Source of the DNA: Syntrophorhabdaceae bacterium
Lineage (GTDB): Bacteria > Desulfobacterota > Syntrophorhabdia > Syntrophorhabdales > Syntrophorhabdaceae
Assembly (NCBI GenBank): GCA_963665295.1
Contig: OY762209.1
Coordinates: forward strand, 3,296,001 to 3,360,000
DNA length: 64,000 nt
Reading direction: 5' to 3'
Under the pieces are notes generated by a model that ran no database searches, was not told the origin of the DNA, and was given only the letters and a program-made list of their open reading frames with translations. Made by a program: the position numbers and the translations under genes. Shown piece by piece: positions 27,881-39,103 of the stretch. Within the stretch, counting starts at the first letter, position 1; each line of letters opens with the position of its first letter.

Positions 27881-27954
27881 TGCGCCCAGCAGGAATCGAA
27901 CCTGCAACCTTTGGATTCGTAGTCCAACACTCTATCCAATTGAGCTATGGGCGC
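27881..27954 (-). tRNA. tRNA-Arg (anticodon ACG), CCA not encoded
   Basis: GCGCCCA TAGCTCAATTGGATAGAGT GTTGGA CTACGAA TCCAA AGGTT GCAGG TTCGATT CCTGC TGGGCGC A folds as a canonical cloverleaf. Confidence 0.97.
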
Positions 27955-28165
27955 CTTTGCGGTTCAAATGATACCACATTTTGAAAGAAAATGCGTGACA
28001 TTTGTGCGGCCTTTGGGCTCTTTTTGAGGGGTCGAGCCCACACTCCAGTTGACTCACAATTAAATCTTACCCAAAGGCGGTTGCGGGAGGGCTGTCAAGG
28101 AGTTATTGCAAGAAGGCGCAAAGGGCGATATACTCTAACAAAGGCGTTCATCAAGGAGGGAAGGT

Positions 28166-28543
28166 ATGAAAAAACTTATTTTGGTTCTGGTGGTCCTGGC
28201 GTTCGGTTTTGCCGGGTATTCGTGTGAGTCGATCGGCGGCATGAGCGACACCACAAAAGGGGCAGCAGTGGGAGCCGGTCTCGGCGCCATAGCGGGACAG
28301 GTTATCGGCGGGAACACTGCGGGAACACTGATAGGCGTGGCGGGCGGCGCTCTTGCGGGCGCTCTTGTGGGCCACGAGATGGACTATCAGAAGCAAAAGG
28401 AAGCGGACGCGCAACGTCAGCAAGCGGCTGCGGCTGCCGCCTCCCAGGAAGCGCCTCCGGGACAGTGGGTGCAGGTGCCCGGACAGTGGGCAAATGGTAA
28501 GTGGGTGCCCGCTCACAGAGCGTGGGTGCCGGTAAATCCCTGA
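28166..28543 (+). CDS. glycine-zipper membrane/lipoprotein with a Trp/Pro-rich tail
   Basis: Signal peptide with Cys, GAAVGAGLGA..G repeats, PGQWVQVPGQW..WVP. Confidence 0.75.
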   Translation: MKKLILVLVVLAFGFAGYSCESIGGMSDTTKGAAVGAGLGAIAGQVIGGNTAGTLIGVAGGALAGALVGHEMDYQKQKEADAQRQQAAAAAASQEAPPGQWVQVPGQWANGKWVPAHRAWVPVNP

Positions 28544-28618
28544 TTGAAGAGGGGGAATAGCGGGCAGATAGAACGAAGCTGTAATAGGCGTCACAAAAGA
28601 ACAGGAGGGAGTGACGGG

Positions 28619-29185
28619 ATGAAAAAGATTCTCGGAGCAGTATTCTGTGTTGTTTTCATGCTGATTTTGACAACTACCACGAACGTGGCGGCTCAGGAAC
28701 AGGCAAAGGGGAGGTTAACCGGTACGTTCAGCGAAAAGAGTCTGGGTTATACCATCTCGTACCCCGGCGACTGGAAGTATGGGTTTCAGGCTCCCCACAT
28801 TGTCATTTTCAGCGCGAAGAAGGGCGCGGATGGTGGATCCGTCATCTCCATTCGTAATCTTAATTCCACAAAGGTACCGGGTGGCAAATACAGCAATGCG
28901 GATGCAATTATTGAGAACCTTATGAACCAGCTCCGGACTGCGAAGGAAGCGCTGGTTTACGATCCGGAACCGTTCGTGTACGGCAAGGGGCAAACAAAGT
29001 TGACGGGAAAGCGACTGACTGCCGAGTATACAATCAAAGGGACCAAATACAAACAATTGGTTGTGGTGTTGCCGCGGGCCACAGGAGAAGTGTTCTATGT
29101 GTGGTCTTTCGTTTCGCCTGCAAAATCGTATGATACTGATCTCGCCGTGGCACAGGCCATGTTGAACTCCTGGATGATCCAGTAA
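28619..29185 (+). CDS. exported protein, PsbP/DcrB-like
   Basis: Signal peptide, GYTISYP.DW, C-terminal AMLNSW. Confidence 0.55.
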   Translation: MKKILGAVFCVVFMLILTTTTNVAAQEQAKGRLTGTFSEKSLGYTISYPGDWKYGFQAPHIVIFSAKKGADGGSVISIRNLNSTKVPGGKYSNADAIIENLMNQLRTAKEALVYDPEPFVYGKGQTKLTGKRLTAEYTIKGTKYKQLVVVLPRATGEVFYVWSFVSPAKSYDTDLAVAQAMLNSWMIQ

Positions 29186-29192
29186 GAGAACC

Positions 29193-29260
29193 TGCCCGGC
29201 TGTTCGCGGTCACTCGAAAAGGCGGTGAGAGTCGCCCCGGTGACAACGAACAGCCGGGCA
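29193..29260. terminator. long stem-loop between convergent genes
   Basis: Perfect 14-bp IR TGCCCGGCTGTTCG/CGAACAGCCGGGCA with inner stems; no U-tract. Confidence 0.45.
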
Positions 29261-29367
29261 TGACCCGATCTAAATCCCTTTACCCATCATATCTTCCGTA
29301 ATCACTCCTGAGAGCAGGCTGCGCGGGCTGTCCGCAACCTTTTCCGCCAAATGGGCAGGTTCACAGG

Positions 29368-30474
29368 TCAGAACATATACCGCCTCATGTTGATGTTCAG
29401 CAGGAGACCCACCGATGCGAGCACCGACAGCAGGGAGGAGCCTCCGTAGCTGATGAAGGGGAGCGGGATTCCTACGACAGGGGCAAGGTGTATGGCCATG
29501 AGAACATTGATGGTGAACTGTAGATATATGATGGTAGCTAGGCCGAAAGCAATAATCGATCCCAATTCATCGTGGGCGCTGAGCGATATCTTGAGGCACC
29601 GGTAGATGAAACTGATAAAGAGGAGAAAGAAGATGATCGAGCCGACAAAGCCCCATTCTTCTCCAAAAACCGTAAAGATGAAATCCGTATGGTGTTCCGG
29701 GATGAACTGGAGCTTGTGCTGGGTGCCGGCCATATAGCCCTTCCCGAGGAACTTTCCCGAACCGACGGCAATCATCGCTTGTTTCGCATGGTACCCGAAC
29801 CCGGATGGGTCGGCATCGATGTTTATGAAACTCAATATCCTCATCTTCTGGTAAGGTTTCAGCAAGTATTTCCACACTATGAAAGGGGTCACCGCCCCGA
29901 CGCACCCGAGAATCGCATAAGTCGATCTCTTGAGGCCCACAAACCAAAGCATGGCGAGACACGTAAGAAGGACTATAATGCCGGTTCCGAGGTCCGGTTG
30001 CTTGACTATGAGAAAAAACGGGATGAGGGTCCAGAGCATGGGGGCCGCGATATCCCTCAGACCGAGGGCGACATTCTCCCTTTTTTTCTGAAAGAGCATA
30101 TTGGCGAGGAAGACGACGAGCACGGGTTTCATGAATTCCGAAGGCTGGAGGCTTATGCCGAAGACGCTGATCCATCTTCGGGCACCTCCGGCGATCATGC
30201 CCACCACAAGGACGAGAACGATAAAGAAAAGCGCCGACCAATAGAGATACTTCGACTGGTAGGTAATGACGCGGTAGTCAAAATGAAGAATGACGAGGAT
30301 CAGAATCAGTCCGATCACGAATGCCGCAAGCTGCTTGATGATAAAATTGGTCGATCCGGCGTAAAAGGAGCTTGTGGCGCTCACAAGGTTAAGTATGCCT
30401 ATGCCGAACAGGACCAGCCCGTTACAGATGAGGAACCAGTCGAGGTGGTATAGTCTTCTCTTATCTATTCTCAT
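29368..30474 (-). CDS. rodA: rod shape-determining protein RodA
   Basis: GARRWI..QPSEF.K, QPDLGT, PEHHTDFIF, GIPLPFISYGGSS. Confidence 0.96.
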   Translation of the reverse strand: MRIDKRRLYHLDWFLICNGLVLFGIGILNLVSATSSFYAGSTNFIIKQLAAFVIGLILILVILHFDYRVITYQSKYLYWSALFFIVLVLVVGMIAGGARRWISVFGISLQPSEFMKPVLVVFLANMLFQKKRENVALGLRDIAAPMLWTLIPFFLIVKQPDLGTGIIVLLTCLAMLWFVGLKRSTYAILGCVGAVTPFIVWKYLLKPYQKMRILSFINIDADPSGFGYHAKQAMIAVGSGKFLGKGYMAGTQHKLQFIPEHHTDFIFTVFGEEWGFVGSIIFFLLFISFIYRCLKISLSAHDELGSIIAFGLATIIYLQFTINVLMAIHLAPVVGIPLPFISYGGSSLLSVLASVGLLLNINMRRYMF

Positions 30475-32257
30475 AGAGTGTTGCCTCCCTTGTGCCCTTG
30501 TTCACTCCGAAAACGGTCTGTGTAATGGCCTTTGCGATAGGCGCGGACTCGCTTGCGCCATGCCCTCCCATTTCAACGAGGATCGACATGGCAAGGGTCG
30601 GATCTTCTGAAGGGGCATAGGCAATAAACCAGGCATGGTCGCCTTTTCCTGTCGAACTCGACTGTGCCGTGCCGGTTTTTCCGCTCATATTGATGTTCGG
30701 GACGCGGGACCCATACGCAGTGCCGCCCGGTTCATTGACAACCGCCGTCATAGCCTCTCTCACGAGATGAAACACTTCCTTCTTCAGCTTTACGTTCGCC
30801 TTCATTACCGGTTCGAAGACCTTTATGGTCTTTCCTTCGGGTGAAACGATCCGGTTCACTATCTGGGGTTTGAAGGTAACACCTTCATTCGCCACGAACG
30901 CGGAAAGCTGGGCAAGCTGGATGGGGGTGAGCCAGACAGCCCCCTGACCTATTGAGACGGACACTGTCTCGCCGTCATACCAGGGTTCTCCGAAGGTCTT
31001 TCGTTTCCATTCCGTGGACGGAACAACCCCGTGCTTTTCTCCGGGAAGGTCGATGCCCGTCGGTTTTCCGAGGCCTATGGCGTCCGCCATTTCGTGTATC
31101 CTGTCGACGCCAAGCTTCAATCCCACATTGTAGAAATAGACGTCGCACGATTCGGCTATACCCCGTCGCACGGCTACCGTCCCGTGGCCGCCTTTCTTCC
31201 AACACTTAAAGACCCTCTTGCCGAAGGCGAAACCGCCCCGGCACAAGAAACCTGTCTTATCGTTAACGGTCCCTATTTCCAACGCCTTCAGGGCGGATAC
31301 GATCTTGAATGTGGAACCGGGAGGATACCTTCCCTGGGTAGCCCTGTTCTGAAGGGGGTGCAGAGGATCGGTGGTGATCGCTTTCCAGTCCTCCTTGGTA
31401 ATGCCGGAGGAGAACTTGTTGGGGTCAAATGCGGGCCGGCTCACAAGGGCAATCACCGCGCCCGTTTTCGGGTTAAGGGCAATCGCGCCCCCTCTTCTGC
31501 CTTCATACGCCTTTTCCATGACCTGCTGCGTGTCGAGATCGACATTGAGGTACAAATTGTTGCCCGGCGTCGGCTCTATTACGTCGAGGGTTCTGACTTC
31601 CCGTCCCATGGCATCGACTTCGACCCTTTTTTCACCGTCAACCCCTCTCAGATATGTTTCGTACATCCGTTCCAGTCCGTATTTTCCGACATAGTCTCCG
31701 GGGGAGTAGTCCTTGTACTCCTTGGCTTTAAGCTCATCCCCGTTTATTTCGGATACATACCCCAGCATGTGGGCCATCATCTTGTTGTACGGGTAGTTTC
31801 TCTTCGGTTCTATCTGGATGTTCACTCCCGGGAGATAGACCCTGTGGGCTTCGACCTTGGCAAGTTCGTCTTTCGTCACATCCGGTTTGATCTTTACCGG
31901 GAAAGAAGGGGGAAATCCGCTCGCCATCTTGAGCTTATCGAGGATATCTTCTCTGTCGATATTGAGAAGCTTTGCGAGGCCGTCCACGGTCTGACTGAAA
32001 TCCTTTATGTCTTCAGGGGTGATGTAGAGGTTAAAGGAAGGCCTCGTATCGGCAAGGACCCTGCCCATCTTATCGAACATCACCCCCCGGGGCGCGATCA
32101 CCTTCTTGACCCTGATGCGGTTCTGTTCGGATGCTTTTCGCATCTCGTTTCCTCTCATAATCTGAAGGTCCCAGAGACGCAAGGAAAGGACCACCATCGT
32201 AATGATGAGGATCAATTTGCACCACTTATATTTCATCGGAGCGGCTTGCTGTTCCAT
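30461..32257 (-). CDS. mrdA: penicillin-binding protein 2
   Basis: APRG, GKYGLE, PPGSTFK (SxxK), SCD, KTGTAQ. Confidence 0.96.
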   Translation of the reverse strand: MEQQAAPMKYKWCKLILIITMVVLSLRLWDLQIMRGNEMRKASEQNRIRVKKVIAPRGVMFDKMGRVLADTRPSFNLYITPEDIKDFSQTVDGLAKLLNIDREDILDKLKMASGFPPSFPVKIKPDVTKDELAKVEAHRVYLPGVNIQIEPKRNYPYNKMMAHMLGYVSEINGDELKAKEYKDYSPGDYVGKYGLERMYETYLRGVDGEKRVEVDAMGREVRTLDVIEPTPGNNLYLNVDLDTQQVMEKAYEGRRGGAIALNPKTGAVIALVSRPAFDPNKFSSGITKEDWKAITTDPLHPLQNRATQGRYPPGSTFKIVSALKALEIGTVNDKTGFLCRGGFAFGKRVFKCWKKGGHGTVAVRRGIAESCDVYFYNVGLKLGVDRIHEMADAIGLGKPTGIDLPGEKHGVVPSTEWKRKTFGEPWYDGETVSVSIGQGAVWLTPIQLAQLSAFVANEGVTFKPQIVNRIVSPEGKTIKVFEPVMKANVKLKKEVFHLVREAMTAVVNEPGGTAYGSRVPNINMSGKTGTAQSSSTGKGDHAWFIAYAPSEDPTLAMSILVEMGGHGASESAPIAKAITQTVFGVNKGTREATLYENR

Positions 32258-32258
32258 T

Positions 32259-32750
32259 TTACTCCCTGCTCAAAAACTTCATATCTACATACTGTATGAA
32301 GGAGAAAATGAAAATCGACAGGAAACCTGTAAATATGGCATTGGGGATTGTGTAGAACATGACATTGAGGATATTGCCTGTTTCCCCTTTCGAAAGCAGG
32401 GAAAGGGCCAGAAACAGGAAAGACTCGAGTACGACATAGCCGCTGCAAACATAAGAAAAACTGTACTTGGAATCGATATAAAGCCTGTTCTTCAGAAAGG
32501 CGGTAATGACAAATATGGAGAGCTTCGTAAATAGTATCGATCCCGGAGGGGCGTTGGATAGAACCTCCTGGGTCAGGCCCAGAAGAAAAGACGTGAGAAG
32601 CCCCGCCGGAGCCCCGAGAAAAAGGGTCGTATAAATGATGAGGGGTATTCCGAAATCCGGCTTGAAGAACTCCATGGGCAGGAGGGAGAGCACTGATGAT
32701 TCGACGGTTATCAACACGATCCCGAGCAAAATGTAGATCGCGAGTTTCAT
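32259..32750 (-). CDS. mreD: rod shape-determining protein MreD
   Basis: Hydrophobic, KPD motif, position between mreC and mrdA. Confidence 0.8.
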   Translation of the reverse strand: MKLAIYILLGIVLITVESSVLSLLPMEFFKPDFGIPLIIYTTLFLGAPAGLLTSFLLGLTQEVLSNAPPGSILFTKLSIFVITAFLKNRLYIDSKYSFSYVCSGYVVLESFLFLALSLLSKGETGNILNVMFYTIPNAIFTGFLSIFIFSFIQYVDMKFLSRE

Positions 32751-33550
32751 TGTTTTTTCACTATAAGTACTTCATCGAGCCTTTTGAAATTGTTGTAAGG
32801 CATGACGTCAACATCGGTGAAGATGCCGGGCTTGGCCCGGTTTACGGTGATCACTATTCCCGTGGGCACGCCTTTGGGGTATATCCCGTCTTTTCCGGAC
32901 GTAACGAGTTTGTCGCCGATTTCGATTTCGTCGTTCTTGAGGATGTATTTCAGTTTGAGGGTGCTCTGGCCTGTGCCCTCGAGCATGCCCCTTGTATTTC
33001 TGCCCTCGGCAAAGACGTCCACCGAGGAGTTTGTATCGTTTATGACCATGACCTTCGAGTGCCACTTGTCGACTTCGACTGCCTGTCCCACAAGGCCTTT
33101 CGCCGTCACCACGGGCATCTTTTCCCTGACGCCGTAATCTCTTCCCTTATCGATGATAATGCACTTGAACCAGTTCTTGACGTCCTCCCCTATGACATGC
33201 GCCGCAATCATGGTATTCTTGCGCTGCTCCATAAGGTTCAAAATGGCTTTCAGTCTCTTGTTTTCGTTTTCCAGTTCCGGCAACCGCTGATTATCAAGTT
33301 CGAGGACCTCGAGCCTCTTCTTGAGCTGAACGTTTTCCTTCTTGGCTCCGATGAGACCTATGTAGGTGTCGTAGAAATATCCCACGAGCTTCGTGGGTTT
33401 TCCGATGAGCGACAGGGTGGGTCCCGCGAATTCGGCGGCACCGCCTCTTATCACCGCATATCCCCTTGCCAGGAAAGATGTGTTTGTGAATACGAGAAAT
33501 GAACCTACAAGCACCAGTATGGAAATGGCTATAACAATAGGATTCTTCAA
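32747..33550 (-). CDS. mreC: rod shape-determining protein MreC
   Basis: EN.RL..L coiled coil, IDKG..G, GLVG, GD.LVTSG.DGIYPKG. Confidence 0.93.
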   Translation of the reverse strand: MKNPIVIAISILVLVGSFLVFTNTSFLARGYAVIRGGAAEFAGPTLSLIGKPTKLVGYFYDTYIGLIGAKKENVQLKKRLEVLELDNQRLPELENENKRLKAILNLMEQRKNTMIAAHVIGEDVKNWFKCIIIDKGRDYGVREKMPVVTAKGLVGQAVEVDKWHSKVMVINDTNSSVDVFAEGRNTRGMLEGTGQSTLKLKYILKNDEIEIGDKLVTSGKDGIYPKGVPTGIVITVNRAKPGIFTDVDVMPYNNFKRLDEVLIVKKQ

Positions 33551-33562
33551 TTCCCAGCTTTA

Positions 33563-34624
<1,062 letters not shown>

Positions 34625-34707
34625 CTAATTAAAGATATTGAAAAAACAGTCTTAATATACTATTTTAAGGAATCAAAAGCAATAATCAATAGGCATAGGG
34701 AGAGCTA

Positions 34708-36114
34708 ATGTTAAGATTCATGAGGAAGTATGCCACCGGGTACATGATAAAGGGGATATTCGGGCTGATCATCATCGTTTTCATTTTCTGGGGCGTGGGC
34801 GGAATGCAAAGCGGCGACAAGACAGTCGCGGAAGTAGGGTCCCACAAAGTTACTATGCTGGAGTACCAGGAAACGTACAACAGGCTTCTCAATATGTATC
34901 GAAATATACTCAAAGACAAGATGGACGAGAAGATGTTGAAGGCCCTCAAGCTGAAAGAGGCGGCCATGAACGACATCGTGGACAGGTACCTCCTCCTTGC
35001 GAATGCAAAGGAACTGGGAATTACCGCATCCGATGAGGACTTCCGCGAACAGTTGAACAACATGGACGCGTTCAAGAAGGATGGGAAGTTCAACAAACAG
35101 GTTTATCTGGAAGTATTGAAAGCGAACGGCATCGAACCCGGGAGGTTTGAAGAATCCCAGAAGATGGACATAGTAAGCGCGAGGATGGCCAATCTTATAA
35201 AGGATAACGGGGTTGTGGTCAATGATGCCCTGATATACGCGGCATACGTGAAGGAGAGAGGGAAGATCGATCTTGCCTATATGGTGGTTGACCCCGCGGA
35301 TTACCAGAAGAAGATAGAAGTGACGGATAAAGAGATTCAAGACCTTTATGAAAAGGAAAAAGGGTCTTATGTGGGAGAAAACCGGTACGGCCTCAAATAT
35401 ATCGCCATACCCGAGAAGGGTCCGGTGAAGGATGACGTTGCCTATATGGAACTCCTCCAGGTAAAGGATATCGATAAGTACGCCCGGGAAAAAGGGTTTA
35501 CCGTAACGAGCCTTGGTGTGATGACGGAGTCGGAAGTCCTTCAGAAGCTTAAGAGTCTCAGGCCCCAGGAATGGCTCAAAGGTCTCAGGAAAGGGGACAT
35601 CTCTCTCCCTGTGAGGGCGGCTGCGGGATCGTACATTTTTCAACTGGTCGATTTCGAGGCGGGCAAGCCCATCGATAAGCCTACGGTGATGAAGGAGATC
35701 AGGGACCGGTTGACCCGTGAGAGGGCCAAGGCCATGGCTAAAACCGACGCTCAGTCGGTGATAAACAAGAAGTCCTTCAGCGCAAAGAAAGAGACAGGGT
35801 TTTTGCCCAGGAATTCGGGCGTAATACCGAACGTGGGCGCCATCCCCCGGGAGGACGTGGCTGTAATGGGACTCTCCAAAGGACACGAGGTTTATGAAAA
35901 ACCGGTGGAAATAGGGGGAAAATACTATGTGTTCTCCCTTAAGGACGAGAAGGCCCCGGACAAAGAGGAATGGCAGAAGGACAAGGATGCATTCAAGCAG
36001 TATCTGGTAAGAAAGAACGAAGACGAGTTTTATCGATCGTTTATGACGGAATTGAAAAAGAAGAGCAAGGTCAAGATTAACTGGAAAGAGATAGCTGTCA
36101 CCGAAAGCGACTGA
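34708..36114 (+). CDS. SurA N-terminal domain / PpiD-like periplasmic chaperone
   Basis: MLRFMRK..IIIVFIFWGVG, VAEVG..V, F..DGKF....Y; shortened rotamase region. Confidence 0.8.
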   Translation: MLRFMRKYATGYMIKGIFGLIIIVFIFWGVGGMQSGDKTVAEVGSHKVTMLEYQETYNRLLNMYRNILKDKMDEKMLKALKLKEAAMNDIVDRYLLLANAKELGITASDEDFREQLNNMDAFKKDGKFNKQVYLEVLKANGIEPGRFEESQKMDIVSARMANLIKDNGVVVNDALIYAAYVKERGKIDLAYMVVDPADYQKKIEVTDKEIQDLYEKEKGSYVGENRYGLKYIAIPEKGPVKDDVAYMELLQVKDIDKYAREKGFTVTSLGVMTESEVLQKLKSLRPQEWLKGLRKGDISLPVRAAAGSYIFQLVDFEAGKPIDKPTVMKEIRDRLTRERAKAMAKTDAQSVINKKSFSAKKETGFLPRNSGVIPNVGAIPREDVAVMGLSKGHEVYEKPVEIGGKYYVFSLKDEKAPDKEEWQKDKDAFKQYLVRKNEDEFYRSFMTELKKKSKVKINWKEIAVTESD

Positions 36115-37112
36115 TGGTCATTCTCGGGATAGATACCTCTTGCGACGATACGTCGGTAGCGTTCATTGAGGATAAAAGTAAGATACTTTCCAATATTGTG
36201 TCGAGTCAGGTCGACCTCCACAAGGTGTTCGGAGGAGTTGTCCCTGAAATCGCTTCGAGGAAACATGTAGAGCTCATAGACGGGCTTTATGCCGAGGCCC
36301 TCGCTCTCGCTCGTATCTCCGCCGGTGATATCGACTGCATCGCTGCCACAGCGGGACCCGGTCTGATCGGTTCGGTGCTGGTGGGCCTCTCCTTTGCGAA
36401 GGGACTTGCCCTTGCCCTCAAAAAGCCGCTCATAGGCATTAACCATATCGAAGCCCATGCCATGAGCATTTTTCTGGAGAGGGAAGTGGAGTTTCCTTTC
36501 ATCGCCCTCGTCGTTTCGGGAGGGCACACCATAATCCTTCTCATGGAGGAACCGGGCAGTTTTAAGGTGTTGGGCAGTACCAGAGATGACGCGGCCGGGG
36601 AGGCCTTCGACAAGATAGCCAAATTTCTCGATATCGGTTATCCCGGAGGAAGGATAATTGAAGAGTACTCGAGAACGGGCAGGGGAGACGCCGTTGCATT
36701 CCCGAGGCCCATGGCAGGCGAGGCGAACTATGATTTCAGTTTCAGCGGCTTGAAGACATCATTCATAACTTACGTGAAGAAATACGGCGTAAGTAACGAA
36801 AATAGAAACGATATACTCGCTTCTTTCCAGGAGGCCGCCTTTGATGTCCTTTCCATGAAGACGATCAAGGCAGCCATCAAACAGGGAATACCCAGGTTGG
36901 TAGTAGGAGGCGGTGTCGCGTCGAACGGAAGAATGAGGGAAGTATTTCTGAAAAAAGGAAAGGAGTCCGGTATTGAAGTGATGTTTTCGTCCCCCGGGTT
37001 TTGTACGGACAATGCCGCCATGGTCGCGGTAACAGGGTATTTCCATCATCTGAAGGCGGGGACCGGGTCCGCGCTTGATGCCAGGGGCTATTCAAGGATG
37101 ACCTTTCACTGA
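36114..37112 (+). CDS. tsaD: tRNA N6-threonylcarbamoyltransferase
   Basis: GIDTSCDDT, GGVVPEIASR.H, HIEAH, VSGGHT, DDAAGEAFDK, FSFSGLK, TDNAAM. Confidence 0.97.
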   Translation: MVILGIDTSCDDTSVAFIEDKSKILSNIVSSQVDLHKVFGGVVPEIASRKHVELIDGLYAEALALARISAGDIDCIAATAGPGLIGSVLVGLSFAKGLALALKKPLIGINHIEAHAMSIFLEREVEFPFIALVVSGGHTIILLMEEPGSFKVLGSTRDDAAGEAFDKIAKFLDIGYPGGRIIEEYSRTGRGDAVAFPRPMAGEANYDFSFSGLKTSFITYVKKYGVSNENRNDILASFQEAAFDVLSMKTIKAAIKQGIPRLVVGGGVASNGRMREVFLKKGKESGIEVMFSSPGFCTDNAAMVAVTGYFHHLKAGTGSALDARGYSRMTFH

Positions 37113-37114
37113 AA

Positions 37115-37891
37115 ATGCTCAAAAAGAGCCTGTCCCAACATCTGATCAAAGACAAGAATATCACCGACAAGATGGTGAGGGCGTCTCATGTCGGCCCGGA
37201 AGAGACGGTTGTGGAGATCGGGGCCGGACACGGAGACCTCACACGGTCCCTGGTCGAAAAGGCAGGCCTTGTCTACGCGGTGGAACTTGACCGCACCTGC
37301 TCGGTATACCTCGAGGCTCTCGCGGAGGAACACGCGAACCTGAAGGTCGTATTCGGGGATATTCTTGAGACGCCCCTTGCGCAGTTCAGGGGAGAGAGAA
37401 ACCTCAAGGTGATAGGTAATATTCCCTACCAGATCACGGCGCCCATAATCTTCAAGATGCTCGCCGAAAGGGCCATAATAGATAGCGTGTACCTGACCAT
37501 GCAGAAGGAGATTGCGCTCAGGATCGTAAGCAAGCCTTTTGCAAGGAGTTATGGCGCCCTGTCCGCGGTCTGCCAGATATTTGCGGATGTGAAGGTCCTG
37601 TTTCTCATGAAACCGGGACTCTTCGTCCCGCCGCCGAAGATAGACAGTGCCTTCCTGTCCATGGAATTGAAGGAGGAAGAGAAAGGAACCGACGATGGGC
37701 TGATCGAATTCATCAGGGTCTGTTTCCGTAACAAACGAAAGTATCTGAGCTACGCGCTTTCGAGGCATATCGGAGGGGAGAAACTCGCCCGTCTTTACCA
37801 TCAAATGGGCTTCCCTCCATCCATAAGAGCGGAGGAGATAGAGCCGCTAAAATTCAAGGAGATGTACGGCATGCTCAAAGCCTACGTATAG
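37115..37891 (+). CDS. rsmA: 16S rRNA dimethyladenosine methyltransferase
   Basis: KKSLSQH, EIGAG.G.LT, ELD, NIPYQI, MQKE.A.R, F.PPPKIDSA. Confidence 0.95.
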   Translation: MLKKSLSQHLIKDKNITDKMVRASHVGPEETVVEIGAGHGDLTRSLVEKAGLVYAVELDRTCSVYLEALAEEHANLKVVFGDILETPLAQFRGERNLKVIGNIPYQITAPIIFKMLAERAIIDSVYLTMQKEIALRIVSKPFARSYGALSAVCQIFADVKVLFLMKPGLFVPPPKIDSAFLSMELKEEEKGTDDGLIEFIRVCFRNKRKYLSYALSRHIGGEKLARLYHQMGFPPSIRAEEIEPLKFKEMYGMLKAYV

Positions 37892-37902
37892 GGTGGTCTC
37901 GA

Positions 37903-38898
37903 ATGGGTAATGTAATAGGTTTCACCACGACAATTCCGGTGGAGGTGCTCTTTGCGGGCGGATATTCACCTTCGGACCTGAATAACGTATTCATCACCGA
38001 CCCAAATCCCATGCGGTTTATAGAAAAAGCGGAGGCCGACGGGTTTCCCAAAAGCATGTGCAACTGGGTTAAAGGGATATACGGGGTGGTGATGGAGACG
38101 GGAGTGGATACGGTCATTACCGTAATGGAGGGCGACTGCAGCAACACCCTGGCCCTCTCGGAGATACTCCAGTACAGGGGCATAAAGACCATCCCTTTTT
38201 CTTTCCCCTATGACAGGGACGAAAAGGTCCTTAAAAGAGAGATCGAAAAACTCGTGCTGACATTTTCGGCCGACGAAGGGAGGCTCCGGGAGGTGGACAC
38301 GGGCATCGGGAAGGTACGGGAAGAGCTTGCCCTTATCGACCGTATGACGTGGAATGAGAAGGTTGTTTCCGGCGAGGAAAATCATCTTTGGCTTGTCCGC
38401 GCCTCGGACATGCTGGGAGACTATGAGGAATACGGCGCGATGGCGCGTCGTTTCATAAAAGAGGCAAAGGAAAGGGCACCCATAGAAGGCATCAATGTCG
38501 GGTACATCGGGGTTCCCCCTATCCCCCTCGATTTCTATTCGTTCATCGAGAGCGTGGGGGCCCATGTGGTGTATAACGAGGTCCAGCGGCAATTTGCGTT
38601 GCCTTTCCCCGGAAAGGACATGGTGGAACGCTACCTCCTCTACACGTACCCCTACGATGTATTCTCCAGGGTGAAGGATATCAAGGCAGAGATTCAAAAG
38701 CGGGAAATCGAAGGCATCATTCACTATGTCCAGGCCTTTTGCTTCAGAATAATGGAAGACGTGATTCTGAGGGATGCCCTGGGTGTACCTGTAATTACGA
38801 TAGAGGGGGATCTGCCGAAACCGCTCGATGCGAGGACGAAGCTCCGCATAGAGGCATTTGTCGAGGTCTTGACGGGGAGGGTCCATGGAAAGGGTTAG
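37903..38898 (+). CDS. 2-hydroxyacyl-CoA dehydratase (HgdD/FldC)-family Fe-S protein, orphan
   Basis: IPVE, GFP..MC.WVKG, GDCSNT, YVQAFC, IEGD..TKLRIEAF.E. Confidence 0.8.
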   Translation: MGNVIGFTTTIPVEVLFAGGYSPSDLNNVFITDPNPMRFIEKAEADGFPKSMCNWVKGIYGVVMETGVDTVITVMEGDCSNTLALSEILQYRGIKTIPFSFPYDRDEKVLKREIEKLVLTFSADEGRLREVDTGIGKVREELALIDRMTWNEKVVSGEENHLWLVRASDMLGDYEEYGAMARRFIKEAKERAPIEGINVGYIGVPPIPLDFYSFIESVGAHVVYNEVQRQFALPFPGKDMVERYLLYTYPYDVFSRVKDIKAEIQKREIEGIIHYVQAFCFRIMEDVILRDALGVPVITIEGDLPKPLDARTKLRIEAFVEVLTGRVHGKG

Positions 38899-39103
38899 GC
38901 GCTTTATCATCAACAAGGAAGGAATAGGGTTTTTCAAGGCAATCCTCGAATCTTATGAGGATGTGGGGATCTTCACGGTCCTTGACGGCAAGACGGGGGT
39001 CATAGAAGTTATATACCCTTCCAACTTCGAGGAAGATATTAACTCCATAATGAAGGACATGGTGCGCTTCGGCATTGAATTTCAGGAGGTGGCGTATGTG
39101 TGA
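38885..39103 (+). CDS. small conserved protein (DUF4911-like)
   Basis: IGFFKAILESYE.VG...LD...G.IE; overlaps both neighbours. Confidence 0.65.
   Translation: MERVRRFIINKEGIGFFKAILESYEDVGIFTVLDGKTGVIEVIYPSNFEEDINSIMKDMVRFGIEFQEVAYV

Larger units (their letters stand above)
6021..27954. mobile_element. integrative conjugative element (MOB-F relaxase, P-type Trb T4SS) integrated at tRNA-Arg; left boundary uncertain
   Basis: T4CP, oriT, relaxase, trb operon, xis and int next to the tRNA 3' end. I saw no duplicated tRNA 3' end (attL) in the window. Confidence 0.8.
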
